A DNA stretch of 20,000 nucleotides from an uncultured virus (IMG/VR IMGVR_UViG_3300025314_001151) (Duplodnaviria > Heunggongvirae > Uroviricota > Caudoviricetes): IMG/VR virus record IMGVR_UViG_3300025314_001151. One strand, 5' to 3'. Shown in pieces: positions 8,573 to 16,562 of the stretch; the first letter of the stretch is position 1, and every line of letters begins with the position of its first letter. The translations under genes were made by a program, and so were the position numbers. The notes under the pieces were generated by a model that saw only the letters and a list, made by a program, of their open reading frames with translations, was not told the origin of the DNA and searched no databases.

Positions 8573-9510
8573 ACCATCCTCCTAAAGAAATCCACTGTAC
8601 TCTGCAATCCTTCTTCAAGATTCACTCTTGGAGACCAACCAAGGATTGATTTGATTTTGTTAATATCTGCCTGAACATGTCTCAAAAACATTGGATGACT
8701 ACGATTGTAGAACGGTGATGATTCGTTCCCTGTCAACTTATTTACCAGCATAGCTAGTTCGTTCATCGAAATCGATGTGCCACTCCCAACATTGAAAGTC
8801 TCGTTTTCAGCACGCTTATCCAGAGCTAGAATAAATGCATCAGCAACATCTCTAACATAGACGAAGTCCAGAGATTGTGTGCCGTCGTCATGAATCTCCA
8901 ACGGCTGTCTATTCAGTGCCTTTTTGATCCAGGTTGAGATAACAGAAGTATAGAGATCATCAGGATATTGACGTGGACCATAAACATTAAACAACCTGAA
9001 AATTGTATAGTTAACCTTATCAGGATGTGACGATTGAAGAATTTTTTCACCTGCTAGTTTCGTGATACCGAGCAGGTCTTTTGCATTTGTAGGACATTCC
9101 TCATTCAGATATTCACAGCCCTTCGTAGGATCTCCGTATACAAAGCTCGAAGATGCAAATATTATTCTATCGACTCCGTTAGATGCACATGCGCTTTTAA
9201 GGTTCCACATTCCTTTGATATTGACGTCGATTGCCATATCTGGATATTTTTCACAATAATGGCTGAAAATTCCTCCAAGATGAAAAACAATATCAGTTTC
9301 TTTTGTTATATCTTTTAATGTATCATAATCTCTGAGATCTCCTTTGACAATATTTGCATCTCTATTTATTATGGATGGATGTTTATAGCTTCTGAAGCCA
9401 CTAACCAATACATATGTTTCAATATTGTTATCAATAAGGCGATCAATTATGTGAGATCCGATAAATCCAGCACCTCCCGTAACTAATGCTCTGCTATTAA
9501 ACTTTTTCAT
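8569..9510 (-). CDS. Extended SDR epimerase/dehydratase-like protein with the catalytic Tyr replaced by Leu
   Basis: VTGGAGFIGS, ASSSFVYG, RLFNVYGPRQ and DFVYV.DVA are present, but the YxxxK position reads LGITK. Confidence 0.88.
   Translation of the reverse strand: MKKFNSRALVTGGAGFIGSHIIDRLIDNNIETYVLVSGFRSYKHPSIINRDANIVKGDLRDYDTLKDITKETDIVFHLGGIFSHYCEKYPDMAIDVNIKGMWNLKSACASNGVDRIIFASSSFVYGDPTKGCEYLNEECPTNAKDLLGITKLAGEKILQSSHPDKVNYTIFRLFNVYGPRQYPDDLYTSVISTWIKKALNRQPLEIHDDGTQSLDFVYVRDVADAFILALDKRAENETFNVGSGTSISMNELAMLVNKLTGNESSPFYNRSHPMFLRHVQADINKIKSILGWSPRVNLEEGLQSTVDFFRRMV
8578..8583 (-). promoter_or_regulatory. Ribosome-binding site AGGAGG inside the upstream gene (translational coupling)
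   Basis: The minus strand reads AGGAGG-ATGGT-ATGA, where the ATG (8572) overlaps the TGA of the upstream gene. Confidence 0.6.
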
Positions 9511-10624
9511 ATATAAATGTCCCCTCCTGGTAGTTCTTGTCTCCAGATAACCGCTTATTTCTTTCCTCAGTCAGATCTATTTTTTCCTGATGTGTCCGCC
9601 AGTAGTCAAACCATTTCTTCTCGCTTTTATAACCGTATCCTTCCTTATGTTCAAATGGAAACTGCCATGGATTTTGAGTTCTACATTGTTCTCTGACTAT
9701 GCATTGTTGACCACAGTATTCATCTTTTATCCATTTGATATCATCATCAGTCAATTCATGATCGTTAGCTCTGAAGTGATTACGAGAACGTGACCACCAT
9801 ATGAGCGGGAGATTACATTTAATACTAGGTCCAACCTTTAATAGTTTTGGATTCCATATGTTTGTATTTGTCAGTGCTCGAATTGAAAACAAGTCTCGGA
9901 AGAGAGCAAATTTATCAAATCCAGCCAATTGAAGACGTGAACCTACATCACAATCGGACAACATACGGTCTCCATCAAATTTCTGGTCAAAACCATTTAT
10001 CTTGAGCATTGCATCCAATGGAGTGGATGAACAGCCAAACCACCATTCCCATGGGGCATGATAAACTTCTTTGTCGTTTTCCTTAAAAGCAACTAAAGGT
10101 CTGTGTTCAATGGTAATTTTCTGTCCAGTGTATCCCGAAATATTGTAAGGAATTGGTGGTACTTCAGTGTCTGCTGGATTGATTTGATCATTCGGAGCAA
10201 AAGTATTATCATAAAAATACCAGGCAAATGGAAAGTATCCCTGTTTGTAATGCGTCCATAATTTATCACAGAAATCAGGCATGAACAGATATCCTTCTCC
10301 CACAAAGTAGAGAAGTTCGCCATCCGCGTAAATTATTCCCTTATTATATTGGGTACAAACGCCACACAGACCTACATCATGCCATACATTAGGATGAGCT
10401 GGCACATGTTTTACACGAAAGGGAAGCTTCATATTTTTGAAATAGTCTTTGCGTTCATCATATAGATGATCCACGATTATCCATTCAAAGTCCTTCATGG
10501 TTTGTGCCTTGAATGACTCCATGGTAGGTTCAAATATATGCAAGTCGGGTCTACCAACATATGGATAGTCAGTTCTTGCAGAAATCGTTACAAATGATAT
10601 TTTCATTACAAATGATATTTTCAT
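9497..10624 (-). CDS. GT-A/GT2-like glycosyltransferase, paralog of 10627-11763
   Basis: KISFV, QTMKDFEWIIVD, NKGIIYADGEL, KINGFDQKF and DCDVGSRL. The DXD position reads VGEG. Confidence 0.8.
   Translation of the reverse strand: MKISFVMKISFVTISARTDYPYVGRPDLHIFEPTMESFKAQTMKDFEWIIVDHLYDERKDYFKNMKLPFRVKHVPAHPNVWHDVGLCGVCTQYNKGIIYADGELLYFVGEGYLFMPDFCDKLWTHYKQGYFPFAWYFYDNTFAPNDQINPADTEVPPIPYNISGYTGQKITIEHRPLVAFKENDKEVYHAPWEWWFGCSSTPLDAMLKINGFDQKFDGDRMLSDCDVGSRLQLAGFDKFALFRDLFSIRALTNTNIWNPKLLKVGPSIKCNLPLIWWSRSRNHFRANDHELTDDDIKWIKDEYCGQQCIVREQCRTQNPWQFPFEHKEGYGYKSEKKWFDYWRTHQEKIDLTEERNKRLSGDKNYQEGTFIYEKV
10589..10624 (-). repeat. Perfect 18-bp tandem duplication of the first six codons (MKISFV x2)
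   Basis: tacaaatgatattttcat occurs at 10589-10606 and at 10607-10624. Confidence 0.95.
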
Positions 10625-10626
10625 GT

Positions 10627-11763
10627 TTAACTCCTTATGGTAATGAAAGTTCCTTCTGAGTATTTTTTATCTCCCCATATCCTCTTTTCTCTTTCCTTAA
10701 CCATATCTATTTCTATCTGATGTGTTCTCCAATAATCAAACCATTTTTTCTCGCTTTTATAGCCATATCCTTCCTTATGTTCAAATGGAAATTGCCATGG
10801 ATGTTGAATCCTGCATTGTTCTCTAATTTGGCACTGTTTGCCACAGTATTCATCTTTCATCCATTTTATGTCCATATCAGTAATTTGATGGTCATTTGCC
10901 TTGAAGCGCTTACGATCACGAGACCACCATATGAGTGGAAGATTACATTTAATACTGGGTGAATCCTTCGGTAGTTTTGGATTCCAGACACTTATATCAG
11001 TCCATATTCGGACTGTAAATAAGTCTCGAAAAAGAGCAAATTTGTCAATCCCTGCTAATTGAAGACGCGAACCTACGTCACAATCGAGTAGCATTCGATC
11101 TCCATCAAATCTTTGGTCAAAACCATTTATCCTAATCATCGCTGTGAGTGGAGCAGATGAACAGCCAAACCACCATTCCCATGTAGCAGGATAAACTTCT
11201 TTATTGTTCCCCTTAAAAGCATATATTGGTCTGTGCTCAAGCGTTATATTCTTTCCGGTGTATCCCAAAATATTATACGGAATAGGTGATGCTGTATCTT
11301 CTGGATATGTCGTTCTCCAGAATGGTTCGGATTTAACTACATCTTTCGGAGCAAAAGTATTATCATAGAAATACCATACAAGTGGAACATATCCCTGTTT
11401 GTAATACGTCCACAGTCTATCACAAAAATTAGGCATGAAAAGATACCCCTCTCCCATAAAATAGATAAGCTCACCATCCGCATAAATTATACCCTTATTA
11501 TATTGGGTACAAACACCACACAAGCCTACATCGTGCCATACATTAGGATGAGCTGGCACATGTTTTACACGAAAGGAAAGCTTCATATTTTTGAAATAGT
11601 CTTTTCGTTCATCATATAGATGATCCACGATTATCCATTCAAAGTCCTTCATGGTTTGTGCCTTGAATGACTCCATGGTAGGTTCAAATATGTTCAAGTC
11701 TGGTCTACCGAAATAAGGATTATCGGTGCGTGCTGTTATCATCACAAATGATATTTTAGGCAT
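10627..11763 (-). CDS. GT-A/GT2-like glycosyltransferase, paralog of 9497-10624
   Basis: Same motifs as the neighbouring ORF, with long identical peptide blocks. The DXD position reads MGEG. Confidence 0.8.
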   Translation of the reverse strand: MPKISFVMITARTDNPYFGRPDLNIFEPTMESFKAQTMKDFEWIIVDHLYDERKDYFKNMKLSFRVKHVPAHPNVWHDVGLCGVCTQYNKGIIYADGELIYFMGEGYLFMPNFCDRLWTYYKQGYVPLVWYFYDNTFAPKDVVKSEPFWRTTYPEDTASPIPYNILGYTGKNITLEHRPIYAFKGNNKEVYPATWEWWFGCSSAPLTAMIRINGFDQRFDGDRMLLDCDVGSRLQLAGIDKFALFRDLFTVRIWTDISVWNPKLPKDSPSIKCNLPLIWWSRDRKRFKANDHQITDMDIKWMKDEYCGKQCQIREQCRIQHPWQFPFEHKEGYGYKSEKKWFDYWRTHQIEIDMVKEREKRIWGDKKYSEGTFITIRS

Positions 11764-11766
11764 GCT

Positions 11767-11844
11767 CTATCTTCTACAGTTTCCTTCTTTTTCAGCAAGA
11801 TATTTTTCGTCGTATTGCGTCACATCAAATTGTAGTTCTTTCAT
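11767..11844 (-). pseudogene. 25-codon N-terminal relic of a methyltransferase paralog
   Basis: A GGAG RBS precedes MKELQFDVTQYDEKYLAEKEGNCRR*. FDVTQYDEKYLAEKEG aligns without gaps to FTADYYDQHYFSDPKG at the start of 14383-15156. Confidence 0.6.
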
Positions 11845-11899
11845 ATTATTCTCCTATTTTATATATATTTCTACATCCACTATTATATCCATATATTTT

Positions 11900-12982
11900 C
11901 TACCCTTCTTTTCTTAATCTTTCATTTCTCAATTCTGTCAAATTAAATATTGGAGGGTTGTTGAACCAGTACATTAATAATTCATACTCGTATGTCCCCG
12001 GTACTGGTCTGGGAACGTTCCATTTTGTTCCATGTTTAACAATCTGTTCTAGTTCCATACCAGTCAACTTGTAATCATTGGCCGTCGTCTTATTTTTTTG
12101 CTTATTCAATATCAGTAAACTGTAATTGCTTCTATAACACAATTTTGGCATTCCAAACAAAGTATCTTTTGGAATACTTGCATGGGCCCTCTCTACTAAC
12201 CAAAGATTTTTGTCACACACCATTTTATATCCCAATTTTTCAAGTCTTATTCCTGCCTCTACGTCAGTTAGGGCCCTTTCACCATCAAAGTTGCAGTCAT
12301 ATCCATTTATTTTTAACATACTCTCCAAGCTACTACTTCCATAACCATAAAAATGTTCCCCGGGACAATAATATATTCCAGTCCCGTCCCCAGCTTTTAT
12401 TTCTTCATCTTCGACAAATTTCCATCTGGAATCTCTGAGTATGTCCTTCAAGTAACCCATCTCTACCAATTTCTTAGTTGTTTCAACTGATCTACCAGTG
12501 TCACCATGTCCATTATTTATGATCTCACTAACAAACAATGGTTTATTTCCTTTGTAATAAACTACTAACGCTTGAGGAAAGTATCCTTTTTGGTACCAAT
12601 TCCAATATAATGATAGTATATTATCTTTTGGCAAAAATCCACAGTCTCCGAACCATAACAGTAATCGTCCATCTGCATATATAGTTCCTAAGTTGAATGA
12701 CCCTTGCAATGACCACAAACCTTTATCGTAGGCCCATCTGACCCGTTTGGGTGCATCTTTCATATATACGTGCTTTATATGAAAATGTTTTCTATATTCA
12801 GAAAAGTCGAAATTTCTTTCTTTCCTTGTGCCATCAACAATTATTACTTCAAAATTTTTAAATGTCTGCCCTACCAGGCTATCTAAAAATGGCTTAAATT
12901 GGTGTACATCTTTCATTTCTTCTCCGAGCATAGGATAATCAGGTCGTGCTGTAGCATAAATTATACTTATATCTATAGTCAT
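11900..12982 (-). CDS. GT-A/GT2-like glycosyltransferase, more distant paralog of the 9497 and 10627 ORFs
   Basis: ISIIYATARPDYP, QTFKNFEVIIVD, NLGTIYADGRL, MLKINGYDCNFDG, ANDYKLT and LTELRNERL are shared with the two downstream paralogs. The DXD position reads FGDC. Confidence 0.8.
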   Translation of the reverse strand: MTIDISIIYATARPDYPMLGEEMKDVHQFKPFLDSLVGQTFKNFEVIIVDGTRKERNFDFSEYRKHFHIKHVYMKDAPKRVRWAYDKGLWSLQGSFNLGTIYADGRLLLWFGDCGFLPKDNILSLYWNWYQKGYFPQALVVYYKGNKPLFVSEIINNGHGDTGRSVETTKKLVEMGYLKDILRDSRWKFVEDEEIKAGDGTGIYYCPGEHFYGYGSSSLESMLKINGYDCNFDGERALTDVEAGIRLEKLGYKMVCDKNLWLVERAHASIPKDTLFGMPKLCYRSNYSLLILNKQKNKTTANDYKLTGMELEQIVKHGTKWNVPRPVPGTYEYELLMYWFNNPPIFNLTELRNERLRKEG

Positions 12983-13008
12983 ATATTACTCTTGTTATAC
13001 TTTGTACA

Positions 13009-13051
13009 ATTATCTATTCATGAACCTACATCATGATCGGAAATTTTTCAT
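13009..13051 (-). pseudogene. Micro-relic of another GT2-like paralog
   Basis: An ATG overlapping the upstream TGA reads ATG AAA (A)ATT TCC, i.e. MKIS with one extra A. It joins directly to SDHDVGS*I, which matches SDCDVGSRL of the 9497 ORF. Confidence 0.5.
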
Positions 13052-14025
13052 TTTTTTATCATATCGAAAAATATCTTTTTATTTAATTCTGCTAATTTTA
13101 TTAGTCCATCTCTTCCAAACTTCCGGTACATATCTTTTACAAATTGGACCTTTGTGTATGAGTTGGCTGTAGGAGTTATCTTAAATGGTATATCATGAGC
13201 TATGGCAAAAATCAAAGGATGATACCTTCCTCCAGAATATACAATCCTGCTCTGGCTTACTAAATACTTCACTTTTCTAGGTTCAAATGGAGATATATTT
13301 ATTATTTGGGAGCCTGGCAATCTATCTTTCAAATATTGACACAATTCTAGATCTACAGGATATCCATCAATATTTTTTGGTGCGCACGCAATAAGTATTG
13401 CATCATTAGATACATTTTTTAGTTTTTGCATAAGCCAGTCTAACTGTGGTTGATTTGGCACAACATCTTCAAATCTAGGAAATACAGCTATTTTACCAAC
13501 AGGACAATCTTCAAATCTTTGCTCTTTCAGATTCATAGCCGGATCAAAAGTAAGTATAATATTCAAGTTGCCTAATCCAGCACTGACTTCATTAAGTAAG
13601 TTTAACGAATATTCGTCTCTGACAGTTATAACATCGAAATTCTTGAGGAATTCATAGTATAACTTATGCAATTTAGTAGAATAATACCATCTTCTATTGT
13701 ATGATACAGCATAATTCATGCATGGTTTTCCACTCGCAAATACACTCAAACATTGTCGCCATGAATAGCCCCAATTTAGTTCTCCTCCTCCCAGCAAATA
13801 ACAATCAAAATCAGTTCTCAGGTCTTCGTGAGACCTTATTTCCACAATATTGTATCCTTTATCTTTCAGAATCTTATAATAGTTATTCCAATTAGTGTTA
13901 CAATATGGCAATGAAGTCGAAATAATATATTCGTTTTCCAATCCTAATTCGTCCATAATAGACTGTAATATCGCTTCATCACCAGAATTGGACCATCCAT
14001 AGAAGCCGCAGATGCAAATTCTCAT
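13048..14025 (-). CDS. Polysaccharide pyruvyltransferase family protein (CsaB/WcaK-like)
   Basis: GFYGWSNSGDEAIL, LGGGEL, ITVRDEYS, TFDPA and GRYHPLIFA. Confidence 0.85.
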   Translation of the reverse strand: MRICICGFYGWSNSGDEAILQSIMDELGLENEYIISTSLPYCNTNWNNYYKILKDKGYNIVEIRSHEDLRTDFDCYLLGGGELNWGYSWRQCLSVFASGKPCMNYAVSYNRRWYYSTKLHKLYYEFLKNFDVITVRDEYSLNLLNEVSAGLGNLNIILTFDPAMNLKEQRFEDCPVGKIAVFPRFEDVVPNQPQLDWLMQKLKNVSNDAILIACAPKNIDGYPVDLELCQYLKDRLPGSQIINISPFEPRKVKYLVSQSRIVYSGGRYHPLIFAIAHDIPFKITPTANSYTKVQFVKDMYRKFGRDGLIKLAELNKKIFFDMIKK

Positions 14026-14261
14026 CTAACTCCTCTCAATATTTCTGCAAGTATTTTATTGACTTGTTCTAATATCTTTTCATCTTTGATTCTATATTGT
14101 TCATACCATCCAGGTCCTCTCGAATTATTTTTTACTATTGTAATACATGATCTGCAAATAATCTCAGTTCTAGGAAAAATATATATTCTCTCGACAATTT
14201 TTCCGTCATTGCTAATACAATAAAAAATAAGATAGCCAAATTGCTTCATTACTGAAACCAC
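14022..14261 (-). pseudogene. 5'-truncated ERIYIFP-motif protein (paralog of 7105-7602)
   Basis: IFYCISNDGKIVERIYIFPRTEI...ITIVKN...WYEQYRIKDEKILEQVNKI aligns to the C-terminal half of the 7105 ORF. The N-terminal half is absent. Confidence 0.65.
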
Positions 14262-14274
14262 CGTTGTGTCTCAT

Positions 14275-14386
14275 TTGTAAACCACTAACTTCAGCAAAAT
14301 ATCGCTATAAATTTCTTAGAAACTCATACATTTCATCTATTACAAAATTGATATCAAATTCGAACAAATGTTCAAAATATTTTCAT
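14275..14386 (-). pseudogene. Frameshifted internal relic of a methyltransferase paralog
   Basis: Reads FEHLFEFDINFVIDEMY, then after a 1-nt shift (R)VSKKFI, then SGLQ. Compare FEHIYLDDMNNIINEMYRVAKKWV...GGLQ in 14383-15156. Confidence 0.7.
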
Positions 14387-15156
14387 ACATTTTCCAATAC
14401 TATTATGGCATTTTTTAACCAGTTGCTAATAATATCTGTAGGTACTTTGCCGATAAACTGTAATACCATGTCGTCTCTAAGTCTCCATTTGTCTTCTCTT
14501 CCTTTTATTAGTTTATCAACCCAAAATCGCCTTGTCTGAACGGTCACATGTCCTGCTACGGCCATGCTTTCCAGCTCTATAGGGACTTTCTCACCTTTTT
14601 TAAGAATATAACCTGTTCCATCTCCTTGTAAGCCACCACTTCCGCATGTCGCTATCTGAAGAAATACCCACTTTTTTGCTACTCTATACATTTCATTAAT
14701 GATATTATTCATATCGTCCAGATATATGTGTTCAAATAAATCCAGCGCGACGACTAAATCAAATGCTGAGCCTCCATATGGCCATGTCGCAGTAGCATCG
14801 TGTTGAATAATCCATCCTTTTTGGCATCTTGGATATGGGTTCTGTATTGCCCAGTTACTATAATCAAATCCCCATGCCTCGATACCAATATCACGGAGAT
14901 AAGTAACAAACTGACCCCGACCACAACCCACATCAAGAACTTTACATAATCCAGAATCAGTATTACACTTTCTCAGACTAAATATATCTTTCCAAGCCTC
15001 AGTTATAGGTTTACATCCTAACCATTCTCCTGTTGAATTTTGGTATCCCCAATTAGCAATACTACCATCTGGCTTTCGAAATTGTTTTCCCTTGGGATCT
15101 GAAAAATAATGTTGGTCATAATAATCTGCAGTAAAATTTTTTGGTATATCACTCAT
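14383..15156 (-). CDS. Class I SAM-dependent methyltransferase (Methyltransf_11/23-like)
   Basis: KVLDVGCGRG, WGFDYS, HDAT, FDLVVALDLFEH and EMYRV. Confidence 0.9.
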   Translation of the reverse strand: MSDIPKNFTADYYDQHYFSDPKGKQFRKPDGSIANWGYQNSTGEWLGCKPITEAWKDIFSLRKCNTDSGLCKVLDVGCGRGQFVTYLRDIGIEAWGFDYSNWAIQNPYPRCQKGWIIQHDATATWPYGGSAFDLVVALDLFEHIYLDDMNNIINEMYRVAKKWVFLQIATCGSGGLQGDGTGYILKKGEKVPIELESMAVAGHVTVQTRRFWVDKLIKGREDKWRLRDDMVLQFIGKVPTDIISNWLKNAIIVLENV

Positions 15157-15362
15157 AATTGATATTTGCTCCTATTATAATATTTTATAAGAATATTTCT
15201 AAGCTTTTCAAGAATTTCAAATCCTCACCTAGGTCACATCCAAGGAGAGTATCCTAGCCTATAAAATCTGTTAACATTGTTAGACAACGATCTTTAGTTG
15301 AAAGTCTTTTCTTAATACTTATTAATAATATTAACAGTTTTGTTTGACTATATAAAAATTAT

Positions 15363-16496
15363 TTATATATTCGTATACTTTCTATATATGTCCATATGTC
15401 TTTTTGCCACATTTTTCCAGCTTGTCCTATTTGCACATTCCAGTGCAGCAAGACTAAGTTGTTCACTATTTTCAAATGCGCTTATTATACATTTTTCTAA
15501 TCCTTTCTGATCTTTAAACTTTAGACAATCATATCCATGCTCTACATCACTGAAATGTTTAACATCTGAACAAATTACAGGCTTACCAGCTCCAATAATG
15601 CGGTGCATAGCGCCAGAAACTGAAAAATGATCCTTTGCTGCATAATCGAATAACAAAATATCGCTTGCCTGTGCATATAAATTTACTTCATTTTCTACTA
15701 GAAATCTATTGATAAAAGTAACGTTTTTATCATTTGGTATATGTATAGAAGTTGCAACATTATGCGGGGCTCCAGAAATTATAAGATGCAAACCTGTATT
15801 TTTAGCAGCACTTATTAGCCTACTATAATTCTTGTCTCCACTTTGAAATCCAAATACAAATCCGATGGGTATATCTATATCTATACCAAGAAGTCTTCTG
15901 GCATCTTCTTTTTTCATTTCTGGTATCAACATTGATCCATGAGGAATTGTCCATATATCTTTTGAAGTATTGATAGTATGGCGTACATATTCAGAATGAA
16001 CTATGTGAGCTACTACGTCATAATTGGATTCATATTCTTTTATCGCATCCTCTGTATGTTTTGATACGGTGTGCCATGTAATTATCAACTTGACAGCTTT
16101 AGCTGTTTCCTGATTTTTTATTTTTGGAGGTTCAGGAATAATGCCAAATTCATGTTGTAAATGTGTCAACCTTCCAATACTTTGATATTTTAGTATACCT
16201 TGATTAATAGGATTTATTCCAAATGAATCTGGTACCATTATGTCAAGATTGTCTAATAAATATCTTGTATATGTAGCGATTCCACAGTTCACATTCCACG
16301 TAGAAACAAAGACTATTTTGTCGACTAAAGCTTGTTCTTCTTCTTCAAAAGTTGAGAAATACATTCTAGCATCACTTTCTGACATATCACGTAAAAATTT
16401 ATCTTTTAGTCCATGATACCAATGCTTACCAGATAATTTATTATCATTAACCAACCGGTCGAATTCTTCTAATGTCCTAACATCTTTTTTTCCCAT
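15363..16496 (-). CDS. GT-B fold glycosyltransferase (GT4-like), paralog of 17761-18966
   Basis: FVSTWNVNCGIATYT, HLQHEFGI, ITWHTV, IPHG, VFGF, SVSGAMHRIIGAGKPVICSD and SW..VA..H..IY. Confidence 0.82.
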   Translation of the reverse strand: MGKKDVRTLEEFDRLVNDNKLSGKHWYHGLKDKFLRDMSESDARMYFSTFEEEEQALVDKIVFVSTWNVNCGIATYTRYLLDNLDIMVPDSFGINPINQGILKYQSIGRLTHLQHEFGIIPEPPKIKNQETAKAVKLIITWHTVSKHTEDAIKEYESNYDVVAHIVHSEYVRHTINTSKDIWTIPHGSMLIPEMKKEDARRLLGIDIDIPIGFVFGFQSGDKNYSRLISAAKNTGLHLIISGAPHNVATSIHIPNDKNVTFINRFLVENEVNLYAQASDILLFDYAAKDHFSVSGAMHRIIGAGKPVICSDVKHFSDVEHGYDCLKFKDQKGLEKCIISAFENSEQLSLAALECANRTSWKNVAKRHMDIYRKYTNI

Positions 16497-16523
16497 ATGT
16501 ATATATACTCCATTTAGAGCCTC

Positions 16524-16562
16524 ATTTCAGTAATATTCATAAAATTTCATATTTCAGTAATA
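16524..16562. repeat. 12-bp direct repeat echoing the 3' end of the 16554-17054 gene
   Basis: atttcagtaata occurs at 16524-16535 and at 16551-16562; the second copy contains the stop codon. Confidence 0.6.

Noticed and set aside
1451..14936. Short alternative-frame minus-strand ORFs (1451-1642, 10093-10323, 14754-14936)
   Set aside because: They are nested out of frame inside confident genes and show no motifs.
15157..15362. tRNA, structured ncRNA or transposon end in the largest intergenic gap
   Set aside because: I could not find a cloverleaf, a convincing long stem or terminal inverted repeats; only short AT palindromes expected by chance are present.
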